A DNA stretch of 64,000 bases, taken from Octopus vulgaris (lineage: Eukaryota). Under the pieces are notes generated by a model, which made no database searches, was not told where the DNA came from, and was given only the letters and a program-made list of their open reading frames with translations. A program made the translations under genes and the position numbers. The first letter of the stretch is position 1. Each line of letters begins with the position of its first letter. Shown piece after piece: positions 12,895-26,989 of this stretch. The stretch covers positions 147,436,001-147,500,000 of the forward strand of contig OX597817.1 in assembly GCA_951406725.2 (NCBI GenBank), read 5' to 3'.

Positions 12895-13472
12895 ACACAC
12901 ACGCACGCACGCGCGCGCACACACACACACACGCACACACACACGCACGCACACACACACACTAACTTACAGACTTATTCACTCACTCACTCACTCACTC
13001 ACTCAGCCATTCACTCAGCTACTCACTAACTTACTCACTTCTTCACTCACTCACTCACTCATTCGCTTTCTCACTCACTCACTCACTCACTAACTCGCTC
13101 ACTCACTCATTCACTCACTCACTCACTCACAGACTCACTCACTCATTCATTCACTCACTCACCCATACACTCTTTCACTCACTCAATCAATCACTCAGTC
13201 ACTCACCCATTCACTCAGCCACTCACTCACTCATTCACTCACCCACTCACTCACTCACTCATTCACTCACTCACTCACTCACTCACTCACTCACACATTC
13301 ATTCATTCACTCACTCACTCACTCACTCACACACTCATTCACTCAATCAATCACTCTCTCACTCACCCATTCACTCAGCCACTTACTCACTCACTCACTT
13401 ACACTCTCACTCACCCATTCTCTGAGCCACTTACTCACTCACTCACTCACTCACACACTCACACACGCACAC
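12895..13472. repeat. (CA)n followed by long (TCAC)n repeat
   Basis: Direct repeats. Confidence 0.93.
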
Positions 13473-13946
13473 GTTTATTATTTGAATGCAAGTTAATTTA
13501 TAAACTTATCAAACAGCACGCGATCGTAGTCTTTTATGTGATGCGCGTGTGTATGTGTGTTTGCGTATATGTGTGTGCACATTCACACGCGCGCGCGCGT
13601 ATGAATGTGCCTGCGTATGTGTTAAATTGGGGTTATTAGTTTCAAGCAAGGCTAAACTGAAAGACCCAACCAACACCAGTTTTACAATATATGTACATAT
13701 ACACGCATTCTGACAAACACTGATACACACACACACGCACACACAGAAACAAATTCACTCAAACTTTCACACACACACATATATAAGTCTAAATCACTTG
13801 TTACCTTTTACGGAACTTTACAATGCGCCACTCTCTGTTTCTAACTTGAATATATAAGAATGTACATACATACATACATGCATGCATATACACACACATA
13901 TATATATATTTATATATGTATACATATATGTGTAAATATATATGAG

Positions 13947-14022
<76 letters not shown>

Positions 14023-14028
<6 letters not shown>

Positions 14029-14190
14029 CCAAACAAGAAACCACCGAAAAACACAACAACGCGAGGACGTGGAACAAATGTAGTATTATTGGACGCTCAG
14101 GAAAGAAGGAAAGGAGGGTTTAACGTTTCAAGCTCTTCGTCGGAAACATAGAAGAAGGAAAGATCCAGAGAAGGGAAGACAGAGGGAAAA
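14023..14190 (-). mobile_element. Penelope-like repeat remnant with partial hammerhead-like core, 3' end in (TA)n
   Basis: Homologous to 38284-38460. The minus strand reads CCGACGAAGAGCTTGAAACGTT. Confidence 0.55.
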
Positions 14191-14199
14191 AAAAATATA

Positions 14200-14470
14200 T
14201 ATGTGTGTGTGCGTGTGTGTGTGTATGTGTGTGAGTGTGTGCGCGTGTGTGTGTGTATATGTTTGTTTGTCTGTGTTTGTCACCCCACCATCGTTTGACA
14301 ACCAATGCTGGTGTGTTTACATCTCCGTAACATAGCGGTTCAGCAAAAGTGGGCGATAGAATAAGTACTAGGCTTACAAAGAATAAATCCTGGGGTAGAT
14401 TTTCTCGACTAATGGCGGTGCTCCAGCATGGCCGCAGTCAAATGACTGAAACAAGTAAAAGAATAAAAGA
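14200..14470 (+). mobile_element. SINE family A 3' half
   Basis: TTGACAACCAATGCTGGTGTGTTTAC..GGCGGTGCTCCAGCATGGCCGCAGTCAAATGACTGAAACAAGTAAAAG. Confidence 0.85.
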
Positions 14471-14487
14471 ATTCAATATACATATAT

Positions 14488-14544
14488 ACTCTTTTACTCT
14501 TTTACTTGTTTCAGTCAGTTGACTGCGGCCATGCTGGAGCACCG
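14488..14544 (-). mobile_element. Inverted SINE family A tail only
   Basis: Reverse complement of 14416-14470 with 2 mismatches. Confidence 0.85.
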
Positions 14545-14567
14545 TATGCGTTATATATCTATGTGTA

Positions 14568-14606
<39 letters not shown>

Positions 14607-15469
14607 ATATATATATGTATGTGTGTGTGTTTGTGTTTATATATGTATGTAGAATGTACGTTCTCTCGCCCTTCTCGTTATATTTCTTATCTTTCTCATA
14701 TATCCTCTTTAAACACCTCCTACCCCGTTATTTAGCTCCACTCCCCCTCACCCTCACAATTACTCCGCCATTACATTTATAAACTCTTCTACTGTCTACA
14801 GATGTGGAAACCTCGTCGCGTATAAGTTAGTTGACTTCGAAGTATTCGGTTCTTTTGATGGCGTCAAAGCTCTAGTCTAGATTTCGCCACTTTCACATAG
14901 CGAAGTAATTAACAAGATTCGCGTGTCGGAGCCTCAGTATGCGTAAATCAAAGATTTGTTCGACACAAAGTTCCGCAGCTACGTCAAGACGGACTCTCGC
15001 TGTAAATTATCATTAGAAATACTGAGTTACAACAGTTGGACACAAGAAACCCAATCTTCCATTAACTGGTTGTGTTGTTGCTGCTTCGTCTGATGGCAGT
15101 GTGTGTCGGTTTTGGTTTTGGTGTTGGTGTTGGTAGTGCTACAATGCGAGAACGATTGCTAGTGTATCTGTAGATTCACGTGGTGGACATGGTGGTGGTG
15201 TTTGTATGTATATAATACTAAAATGGCTACAACGAACTTAGTTTATTAACTCTTTCTGTCCGTATACTATATGAATTTAATCAACATCTGTATTGCTGAT
15301 GTGTGTTTATGAACAAACAGGAAATAGAGTCTTGCATGCGCACACATGGACAGTGAGAAACACACACACAGACATACTTACGCACACTCATATAAACAGC
15401 TTTACATGAATATTTGAATATATATGAATATGTAAGCATGCATATGTATATACTTGTGTAAAGGTACGC

Positions 15470-16140
<671 letters not shown>

Positions 16141-16633
16141 GTATATGAACATTTATATGCGTGTGTATATGTTTGTGCTCGCATATGTATTCACTTGCTC
16201 GCAAGCGTGTGCGTGCGTGCTTGCTTGCTTGTGTGTGTATGTGTGGGGGTGCAGATCATTAACAAAAATCTGTTAATATGTCGTAAAACATAATACGTCT
16301 AAATAACTCTGTGAAACTAGAAACGGTTTGGCTGGCATTCATATTCATATAATTTATGCAGGAAACACATGAGCATAAAGAGTAAGAATCATTGTGAGCG
16401 TTGGGGGAGGAAGGAGGGAAACTGCTAACACAATAATGAAGAATGATATGCAATTTAAGAGAACAATGGTCATAGACTTGAAAGGTAAATAGGAAATATA
16501 GGTTCGTTTCCCACCTTCTTTTATTTTATTTTTCCATACATGTGCCACGAATACTTGCAAATGTTATTTAGGGTGAAAGAGTTTAGATCAAGCATCCTCA
16601 ATGAACCACCATTCGCCACCTCGTGGTCATTTA

Positions 16634-17199
16634 TTGGGTTGTCCGGAAAGTTCGTGCCGATTTATAGTAGCTTACCTTTCGAATTATTTTAGAACATGGT
16701 TGAGTCCATAAAATAGGATTTGACTACACCTCCATTTAGAGCACAGTTTAAGCTACCTTTTCGTGGAAGAAGGTTTATGTTCCAATAACTTGTGTTAATT
16801 CTGTAACCCTTTAAAATGAAAGATAACAAAGGTCATTTTCGGCACTTAATGCTTTGGGAACCAGACAAAAATTGTTGCAGCTCGGCTGGGATGTGTTACC
16901 CCATCTTCTATATTCACCAGATCTTGCTCCTTCGGATTTCCACCTATTCAGGTCTCTGCAGAATAGTCTTAATGGTAAAAATTTCAATTCCTTGGATGAC
17001 GTAAAAAGATACATTGATGAATTCTTTGCCATGAAACCGCCTCGATTCTGGGAAGAGGGTATTTTCAAGTTAAAGGGAAAATGGAGACCCATTGTGCAAC
17101 AAATTGGTTCATATTTGGTTGATTAAAAATGTAATGGCAAGTATTTATTGACTTCTTTCTTTACTTTAAAAATCGACACGAACTTTACGGACAACCTAA
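16634..17199 (+). mobile_element. Internally deleted non-autonomous mariner (566 bp)
   Basis: Same TIR family as 7564-8810, with TA on both sides. The transposase N-terminus (HFRHLML) is joined directly to the C-terminal TRQKLLQLGWDVLPHLLYSPDLAPSDFHLF segment. Confidence 0.93.
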
Positions 17200-17419
17200 T
17201 ATTTCTTAAAATAAGCACTTTTTACTCTACTTATATAATTTACTAGGCCTTAAATATGTACAGGCGTTCAGGCTAAATTTGACGACATTTTATGTCTTCT
17301 TTTCTCTTTCAGGTACAGATTCAGGTACTAGTGAACAGTCAATTGCATTGGAAAGCATAGAGATTAAAATTGTAGTTGAGGAAAAAAAGTTATGGAAGAC
17401 TGGGAGCCATCTTAAGATT

Positions 17420-17800
17420 AGAAAAAAAACCGTATCAGGATGATTTGCGTCGAGTGACAAAATGCAGACGCCATGACAGCTGGTCAATGCTCTCTGAATA
17501 CCCTAAAGGCTGTGAGATATAACATGGACGTAACATTTGCCATACCTCCAGAAAGAGTCGGAATTGGATTACGGAGAATTTCTGCTACTCCCCCAGCCCC
17601 AATTTCCTTGATTGTAATCTCATGAATTTCTCAGCGTGGGATGCGGTTGAGAAAGACAGCAACCGTTCTGCCTGCAGTACCAAGGTCGAGTTGGTGCCTA
17701 AGGTTAAGGAGAATATTCCCATGGACACAAAGAAGAATGCATAGGCCAGGTCTTGAGGCCTGGTTGAAGACGTGGGAGACTAATTTGAGTCCACTGTTAT
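17420..17800 (+). mobile_element. Decayed Tc1/mariner-superfamily transposase C-terminal remnant (possibly DD37D/maT-like)
   Basis: Residual frames HTSRKS.NW..ENF, P.S.DCN.M.F..W.AVEKD.NRSAC.TK.EL..K.KE and ..LEA.VE..G..FE. Confidence 0.45.
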
Positions 17801-17902
17801 CTCCAAGACAGATTTTGACATTTTTTTATTATTAGAAATACTTTTACTTTCGGGTTAGCATATTGCTTTCTTTTCCTTTTATACAAATTGTCATAATTCA
17901 GA

Positions 17903-18573
17903 ACTAACGCAGCGAAAATTTTAAAAAGTTCCCCCAGTTCTGAAAAACAATCGATAAATTCGACATGGGTCGAGAATCTAAGCTTTTTATATGCAACACA
18001 TTTTCTACAGACTATCTAGGGGACGCAACTCGACCTTTTTCACTCTCGGAAACGTGGGGTAAGTACCCCAAAATGTATAAAAATATACAAAAACGGCAAA
18101 AAAGCGGGCAGCAATGTGAGTGACAACAAGGAAAAAGTCAAAAGTGACCAAACTGAACAAACGAATGGAAAAGGTCTTTTGGTGCACACGACAAAAGCGG
18201 TTTATAATAAACTAAGAGTTTGCAAGTAGCGTCCGAGGACCCTTAGGGTACGTCAAAAATTTAAGGTAAAACGTTTGGGGTGGTAGTTATAAAGAAAGTG
18301 TAAACAAAAAAATTATTCGAATAACTTGCGGCTGCAGCAGCTATTAGCAGAAGTGGCGGTGTAGGGGGTAAAGTCTCGAATGTAATTTCTTCCTGGTAGG
18401 AATTGGTTGGGTTGAAATATCGATAGCTGTTTGATAGTTATTTGGGAATGTAGAGAAGACATTGCAACCTACACATGCGCCTTCGTTCCCTAGAGGGAAA
18501 GGACTAGATTGAGATTAGTCGTTGCCTACTAGGGGCTCTTACATACCCGGGCAACACCGGGCTATGCTGCTAG
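17903..18573 (+). mobile_element. Helitron-like non-autonomous element (3' portion)
   Basis: Ends with the hairpin CCCGGGCAACACCGGG, then CTAG|T at 18570-18574, similar to the 10822 terminus. The 5' boundary is uncertain. Confidence 0.55.
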
Positions 18574-18665
18574 TTGTTTATAATAATATCAATGGCTTAG
18601 CATGCGTAATAATCCATCCCATAAATGTAAAAATTATCAATTAATAATTAAATATACTAACAGAC

Positions 18666-18783
18666 AGTACCGACATGCTAACATAGCAGTCGAAAGGATT
18701 AAGTTTTCACTTAAACACAAAACTGAAAGATCCCTAAAACTTGAGGTTTAGTAAATTTGACTGCTATGTCAGCGCGCTGATAC
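18666..18783. mobile_element. Small MITE-like inverted repeat
   Basis: GTACCGACATGCTAACATAGCAGTCGAA pairs imperfectly with TTTGACTGCTATGTCAGCGCGCTGATAC. Confidence 0.45.
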
Positions 18784-18787
18784 TACC

Positions 18788-18885
<98 letters not shown>

Positions 18886-19244
18886 GTGTATAGTAAATTA
18901 GTTATTACCGAAATTAGGTATTAACATATCTGCTAAATTTCACAGTTGTGAGGCTAACTAATACTGAAATGTAAACCTAAAACTCCTAAGGATATGAGGA
19001 TTCATGGCACCAGCAATATTTATAATTGATCGTATCCTCACTGGAAAATCTCACAATCCGGCCATGTCACATGCTAAAGATACGGCGCCGTGGGATTAAT
19101 CCCGGGAATCTGTGGCTGTTACTCGAACTTTTTAGCCATTTGGTCATATTCCGTCCACAAACATACACACGGAAGTTACACGTATAAAATTATAATTTAA
19201 AATATATATATCCGAGATTGATACTACCGACTGTATATTAGTTC

Positions 19245-19440
19245 CAAAATTTGGCACAAGGCCACCTAGTTCGGGGGTGGGTAATATGTCGATTGCATTA
19301 AATCCAGTCATCAATTGGTACTCATTTCATCGATCCCAAAAGATGATGGGCAAAATAGACCTCGGCAAAGCATAAAGACGGACGAAATGCCGTTAAGTAT
19401 CTTGTCTAAAATGTTAACAATTCTGCCCGCTCGTCGCCTT
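19245..19440 (-). mobile_element. Decayed SINE family B (alternative GGCCTTGTGCCAAA tail)
   Basis: Reverse complement of the head (AAGGCGACGAGCGGGCAGAA) and core. Confidence 0.65.
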
Positions 19441-19480
19441 CCCACTGACTGTATGTTACAATATAACTTACATATCATTA

Positions 19481-19745
19481 AGGCGGCGAGCTGGCAGAAT
19501 CGTTAGCACGCCGGGCGAAATGCTTAGCGGTATTTCGTCTGCCGCTACGTTCTGAGTTCAAATTCCGCCGAGGTCGACTTTGCCCTTCATCCTTTCGGGG
19601 TCGATAAATTACGCACTGGGCTCAGTGTAATCGAATTAGTCCGTTTGTTTGTCCTTGTTTGTCTCCTCTGTGTTTAGCCCCTTGTGGGTAATAAAGAAAT
19701 AGGTATTTCGTCTGCCGTTACGTTCTGAGTTCAAATTCTGCCGAA
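19481..19745 (+). mobile_element. SINE family B
   Basis: Intact head, Nin-like core, tail TTTGTCTCCTCTGTGTTTAGCCCCTTGTGGGTAATAAAGAAA, then a restart of the body. Confidence 0.88.
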
Positions 19746-21426
19746 ACCGGTTGGCTGCAAAGCGAACTTCTGCACTTCACAACCTCCATTTTGTTTCTAT
19801 TTCAGGCTGCAAGTCAAAGGTGCAACTTAAAAAAGTAATAAATAAATATTTCTTAAACCGGAGCAGCAGAGCAACGAGTGTCTATAATCGATTGATATGA
19901 TTCCAGTTTATTTCTTTTATTTAATCAAACTTGGCTACACCGTGATTTGAACTCGGAATGTAGGGCGACGAAAGTAGCCACTGCATTTTGTTTGCCACTG
20001 TAATTTCTTGCCTGTTCATTCCACTCGTTATCGTGAAAGATAATTTATTTATTCAAGTGATTCGTGAGTCACATTCCTTTGATTGATGCTTCCTGATTGT
20101 AGATATCTATCAATGGTTGATTAGTACTTTTATCTTTTATTTGAAATTTAGTGCCCATTTCTTTCAGTTTGGTATCCTGCCCAGAACCTCAATAAAAACA
20201 CTGCGTTTGGTTTGAAATTTCGGCCTAGTTCTAACAGTCCATTACTTTATGCACTCGACCATTTCAATATTGTGAATAATAATAAATAAATAAAAGCTTA
20301 GCATCTGATACCCCTCGTTTATCATTATTCACAAAGGGCGAATGTAGAAAGTAGTTAAATCTAATAATGCAGAAATTTGTAACCTCATCAAAAACTAAAC
20401 AATAAAATAATGTAAAACATACAAAAAAAATTGCTGGCAATATTTCCGATGAAAGAATATCAAATTATCGCAATTTTTCTGATGAAAATGTCGCATATTA
20501 AAGGTTATGAGGTCGAGCAGTCCCCTAAGGAAATGTAGCTTGAAAATGGCTGAAACTATTGGGTATTTAAAAGCCAAATATTTACACTCCTTCAATTACT
20601 GATAACAATAAATTGAAAATCGAATCAACATACTTGAGATCACTTTCTGGAAATATATTTTAGCAACTCTGAGTTCTTCCTTTTTTTGTTTGTTTTTGGA
20701 ATCAAATACCACATCGTAAAATCTAATAAAATATTTTTTTTCAAGTACAATAATAAAACAAATATAGAACGGTAACAATAATTCTATGGAGGGTGGGGGT
20801 GAGAGCCGGAGGGTAAGAGTTAAGTACAGGGTTGGTCTACTTTACTGTTTGGTTTCGATTTCCGATTGAGATTATTCTAACTTAATATATGACGTGAATG
20901 ATCTTAGGAAAACATATAGGTCACAAAAACCAATTTCACAACTGCTAAAAATAACTTTGTGTTTAATTAAAGGAAGCCATTATATCATGATGGTAACGAG
21001 TATTGTGGATCAAAACTTAAGGTCGGCAAAGGAGACATCACTTTAAATTCTTCATGGTAAGAATAAGTAACCTAATGGAGTAGCTTAATAACATTTCAAC
21101 CAGTAATTATTTTATGCAGTTACGCCTGAGAAAGAGTGGCAAAACATAGTCCTTCCAATACTTTCCCAGCTGAAAGATAGACACAATCGAACAAAGTATA
21201 GGAATAGAGTGAGGATTCCGTTACCATAATGTAATGAGACAAAATATTTTAGTTTACCAAATTAATTATTAATTTCAAAGTTGTTTCCCCTACCTCTTTC
21301 GACCAAGGCTGACCCTTATAATAAAGGTTATTTCTTCTCATCACGGATGCAAGTTTAGTTTATTAATTGTTTTTTCTTAATGGTTGACCTTTTTCATCAT
21401 TGGTCGACGATATTGCAGACAATGAA

Positions 21427-21765
21427 AGGCAGCGAGCTGGCAGAAACGTTAGCACGCCGGGCGAAATGCGTAGCCGTATTTCGTCTGCCGCTACGTTCTG
21501 AGTTCAAATTCCGCCGAGGTCGACTTTGCCTTTCATCCTTTCGGGGTCGATTAAATAAGTACCAGTTACGCACTGGGGTCGATATAATCGACTTAATCCG
21601 TGTGTCTGTCCTTGTTTGTCCCACTCTGTGTTTAGCCCCTTGAGTGTAGTAAAAAAATAGATATTGCAGACAATAATTCCGCCGAGGTCGACTTTGCCTC
21701 TCATCATCGACAACTCCCCTCCTCCCACCAAATTTCAGGCCTTGTGCCTGTAGTAGAAAGGATAT
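21427..21765 (+). mobile_element. SINE family B monomer with 15-bp flanking direct repeat, plus downstream fragment
   Basis: GATATTGCAGACAAT at 21409-21423 and 21660-21674 brackets the monomer. A core and alternative-tail fragment follows. Confidence 0.88.
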
Positions 21766-22034
21766 AGCTGACAAGAAGCTGCAAGAACACTTACCAAGTC
21801 TCCACTCATGGATACACGACAAAGGAAATAAATGTCGGCTAAATATATTATGTAGATTAAACGTGACTGTAACACCTGGTCTTCATATGAATCCAAGTCA
21901 TTCCCTCGAGCTATTCCTCCAAGTTAAAATACACTTACTAATCTTTTGAACATCAATTTTAGAGCAGCAGTTGATACGATAAATATCAGAAGAAATAATT
22001 TCAAAAAAGCTTAGGTGAAGGAGGATATCTGATA

Positions 22035-22772
22035 GGTACAGTCGTGGCCGTGTGGTAAGAAGTGTGCTTCCAAATTAGACTGTTTCGGTTTCACAACCAC
22101 TGTGTGGCATCTTGGGCAAATGTCTCCTATTATAGCCTCGGGCCAATCAAAGACTTGTGAGTGGATTTGGTCGAGGGAAACTGAAAGAAGCCTGTCTGCT
22201 GTATATATATGTATAAGTGAAGGCGTGTGGCTTAGTGGTTAGGGCATTCGACTCACGATCGTATTGTCGTGAGTTCAATTACCCGCGACGCGTTGTGTCC
22301 TTGAGCAAGACACTTTATTTCAGGTTGCTCCAGTCCATTCAGCTGGCAAAAATTAGTAGTACCTGTATTTCAAAGGGCCAGCCTTTTCACTCCCTCTGTC
22401 ACGCTGAATCTCCTTGAGAACTACATTAAGGGTACACATGTCTGTGGATTGCTCAGCCATTTGCACGTTAATTTCATGAGGAAGCTGTTCCGTTGATCGT
22501 ATCAGCTGGGACCCTCGTCAAAGCAACCGATGGAGTGCTCCTACATATATATATATATGCATGTGTGTGGTTGTGTATCTTTGTGTCTGTATTTGTCGAC
22601 CACCACCACCACCACCACCACCACCACCACCACCACCACCTCCACCACCGTCGCTTGACAACTGGTATTTGTGGGTTTACGTCCTCGTAATTTAGCGGTT
22701 CGGGAAAACAAACCAATACGATAAATGCCAGGCTTTAAAAAATTAAATACTGGGGTCGATTCCTTCGTCTAA
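22035..22772 (+). mobile_element. SINE family A split by a nested SINE
   Basis: Head and core at 22035-22200 and 3' part at 22545-22772 (CGCTTGACAACTGG..TTAGCGGTTCGG..GGGGTCGATT). Confidence 0.75.
22219..22541 (+). mobile_element. tRNA-derived SINE with V-like core and tail T1, nested in SINE A
   Basis: TGGCTTAGTGGTTAGG A box, GAGTTCAATT B box, V-domain-like GTGTCCTTGAGCAAGACACTT, and tail GTATTTCAAAGGGCCAGCC..CCGATGGAGTG. Confidence 0.8.
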
Positions 22773-23303
22773 AAATTTACGTTATACTCAGAAAGTTTAA
22801 TAAAACCGAAACCTGTGTAGCAATTGTCTCCTGTACTTGTTAAAATAATTAAAATCATTATAGACATCGAGTTAACTCTGTCTTTTCGCCACAGTATACA
22901 TATTTTGTATAATCTCGCTGATGTGTTGATGTTCACTGCATTATACCAACTAACATATATTTAAATAAAATGTTATACCTTGTTTAAAACATTACTTTAT
23001 GCCTTCAAATCTATTATAAATTCCGTTGTGATTACCTAAAAGCGTAGTGTGTATATCAATGGTGCGCCCTCTATATTCCTTGTACACAGATATGTGCACC
23101 ATACTAACATACACCGTGCACATGCATATGAATATGTCAATGTATGTAAATGACTTCTTAAACTTGAGTCGATGGAGCAAAGGCTGAGGGCTAATATCTC
23201 GTTGCAGGCACTTTGCTAGCCAATACTATTATCGCCAAATTTTAAAGATTTTTAAAAGTTTTCATTCTGATATCTCCACGCCAATAACAGAATTTTGTCC
23301 TAC

Positions 23304-23527
23304 GAGGCGAGCTGGCAGAAACGTTAGCACGCCGGGCGAAATGCTTAGCACTATTTCGTCTGTCTTTACGTTCTGAGTTCAAATTCTGCCGAGGTTGACT
23401 TTGCCTTTCATCCTTTCGGGGTCGACTAAATAAGTACCAGTTACGCACTGAGGATCGATATAATCGACTCAATCCGTTTGTCCTTGTGTGTCCTCTCTAT
23501 GTGTACATCCTTGTGGGCAGTAAAGAA
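23304..23527 (+). mobile_element. SINE family B monomer with ~21-bp flanking direct repeat
   Basis: AGAATTTTGTCCTACGAGGCG (23289-23309) and AGAATTTAGTTCTACGAGGCG (23524-23544). Confidence 0.88.
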
Positions 23528-24994
23528 TTTAGTTCTACGAGGCGCCGAAGGAGACTTTATATGTTTACTGAACCTGCTACGAACTTCCACAAATAATATC
23601 TGCTGAATTATGAAATACAATATTAATACAATGCTAGTTACCTCCGTCATTGTTAACAAAAACGGAGTTATCATGGCTAGAACATATTCCCATCATAAGA
23701 GAGTTCCATAGGGGCTGACCTGGGCTAAACTCCAACAGTATCTTGCACTAACTTAATTATTTTGATCTTGCTGTTACTATGCAGGTCTCGTGATGGAGAT
23801 GATGTTCCCAACACAGGCAATGAAAATCATTCTGGGCGTTATGCAATTTTGTATTTATCTTTTGATTCTTAGAATTTTGAGTTTGAATTGATTGGGTCAA
23901 CGAAATTATTGTTGACTATTGACTGCATCCAATTATCGCATTAACACAACCGTGGTTTTATAGAAAAGGCTTATCATCTGAATGATTGAACTGCAGAGTT
24001 TGCTACAAGCTGAAGTGGATCACGTTAATCTCGTATTTTTTATATCCCACGATTTCTTCATTCAAACATTTCTCTTCTTGAATTCGACAGTATTACCCGC
24101 AGCAATAGCAACGGTAAGTGGGAGCATTAAAAGGGTTATCAGCGGTGAATTTCTGCCCTGTACTTTCGACAAATGGTTTCACTTAACCACTAAGGGTTAT
24201 TTTTGTGAAAAGTGTCTCAATTTCAGTGTTCACTGTTTCTTAGAAGAAAGAAAAGAAAGTGGAAATATTACCAACAACGCCGATCCTTAAACGAATTTTG
24301 TCCATCCTTTTAATTTAACACGGGTAATTGAATCAATTCCAAACCACTTAACAACAGCCCTACCAAACAGTTAAACCAACAACCTCACCCTTTTATTTAA
24401 TTGTAAATTAGAAAAGTAAAATATGTAAATAAAAATCGAAAGCAGAAAAACCAAACGAACAAAGAAACAAACAAACTGGATTTGTTACGAACAACGTGAG
24501 TTGTATTTGTTAGAAAGGTTTATTGCATAGTCTTGTTGTGGCCACTCATCCACCGCCTCACTTACTTCTTAGTTGATCTAATTTAAAACGTAATATCACT
24601 CGTCACCGGCAGCAAAGTTAGATCCCATCTTAATTTCCAAATTAATGGATTTCTCTCAATTTTCCGCAGATTATCAGTCGTGCAGCATTTGTATAATAAA
24701 CTGGTAATTAGTTTTGCGGTTTGATGCCTTTTCATTAGATTTAACTCAGCTTCCTCATCCTCTTTCTTTCCGTGCTGAGACCGGTACAGTTTACTGCCTT
24801 TCTTCTTCGTGAAACACTGTCAACATTTCTCTGATGCGATTGCTTGCCAGTAGAATTGCACACACGGTGCGCACGATCTTGTCTTGCTCCTCTCTTTTCA
24901 CCGAATCTACTCCACATAATAAACAAATCATTACTTTATACATTGGCATCCCTCATTCTCTCCCCCATCTATCTCTGTACACACGCGCATGCAT

Positions 24995-24999
<5 letters not shown>

Positions 25000-25051
<52 letters not shown>

Positions 25052-25370
25052 CTTATATCAGTTTGGATAGAGGCTGCGAGACCGTCCATAATATATGCAC
25101 ACACCGTACCTATATCTAAATACAGTGTACTTAAAATATGTACACAAATATATACACGAAAACACTAACTTGCACACGCCTACGCTCATACACACATACA
25201 TACATACATACACACATGCATGCATACATACATACATACATACATACATACGTACATACATATATATATGTGTGTGTGTGTATAAATATATGTGTATACA
25301 TACATATATATATACATATATGTATGTACATATATATCTATACCTATCTACCTATCTGTCTGCCTGTCTG

Positions 25371-25435
<65 letters not shown>

Positions 25436-25438
25436 GTA

Positions 25439-25469
<31 letters not shown>

Positions 25470-25498
25470 TTCTATCTATCTATCTATCTATCTATCTG

Positions 25499-25548
<50 letters not shown>

Positions 25549-25689
25549 GATAGATAGATAGATATGCATAAACACAAACACCACATACTCACATGTGCAT
25601 GTATATATATCTGTCTATCTTTCTATATATTTATATATCTATATTATTTTTTCTTCCTCCCCATCTCTATCTGTCTGTCTCTGTCTGTC

Positions 25690-25780
<91 letters not shown>
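25000..25780. repeat. Compound (TA)/(TACA)/(TATC)/(TC)/(TGTC) microsatellites
   Basis: Direct repeats. Confidence 0.92.
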
Positions 25781-25781
<1 letters not shown>

Positions 25782-26458
25782 TGTAAGTATGTATGCATAT
25801 GTGTATCCCCGCATGTATATATGAGTATGTGCCCCTATGTAGGTATATATCTGTATGAAAGGCGGTGGAAGCAAAGTAAAACAAAACTGTATACTTGAAG
25901 TTATCTTCCTGATACCTTAATATCTCTAGGTTCATCTGACATGAACGATGCCTCTCATTCCTTAGGCATGAGTTACATACTGCTGTGTAATGAACTCAAT
26001 TATTCCGTCTTTAGAAAACTGGTGATGGGCTTAACAAAGCAATTACAGTATTTACATTTTTTTGTGGGTAAGAGATGCATGCACTTATCTTCGTATCGAT
26101 ATGAAAGTCTTATGTAAGCGGGTATGAATATATAAAAGCATGCCTCAGCAGAAATTTAAATATATATTCGAATGTGTGTCTGCATGTATGTATGTACGAA
26201 TGTATGTATGTACGTATGTATGTATGCATGTGCGTATGAAGGTGTGTGATCACGCGCGCGTGTATGTGTTCGTGTGTATATTTTTCAAACAAGTTTCATG
26301 GAGGTGTTGAAGTTCAGCGAAGTCTCAGTCAAGTAAAATGTCTCATTCGGTAAAATGTCGGTAAAAAAATTCGGTAAAACGTCGCATTTTGTTTAACAAT
26401 CACGTGTTTTTCTGCAATACTTTTTTCATATTTCATTCAGTTAGAGCTTTACACTTCT

Positions 26459-26547
26459 ATACATACATACATACATACATACATACATACATACATACAT
26501 ACATACATACATACATACATACATACATACATACATACATACATACA

Positions 26548-26581
<34 letters not shown>

Positions 26582-26590
26582 CATACATAC
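26459..26590. repeat. (TACA)n microsatellite
   Basis: Direct repeats. Confidence 0.97.
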
Positions 26591-26989
26591 AAAATACCCC
26601 GTTTTTAATGTTGAAACTCCAATGAAGGAGCCTTGGATCTAGGTTAGAAACCGGCATTTTCTCTGTTGGCAAGAAATCTTGGAATAAAACTGAATAATGA
26701 CTAACATAGATACCCACCACACACCACCACACCACACCACACCACACCACATCACACCACCCCGCACACGCTAGCACTGATCACTTCCTAGCGCACACGC
26801 CATCATCCATACACCTACATATCCACACACGCGTACGTCAATGTCACCATCTTCCTTCCACAAGCACATAAACACGCACGCGCACCTTCGTATTGGGATC
26901 ATCGCTACTTTATTACATCCACTACTTTATTATCTCTCCTTCTTCCTAGCTCTCCTGTGTGACTCCTCTTTCCGGTATTTACCATTATC

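Noticed and set aside
17290-17400. Possible host exon after the polypyrimidine-CAG acceptor at about 17312
   Set aside because: No recognisable protein, no convincing donor or partner exons, and it lies between transposon remnants.
20395-20778. Adjacent in-frame minus-strand ORFs (60 and 66 aa)
   Set aside because: AT-rich with no recognisable motif; cannot be supported without a homology search.
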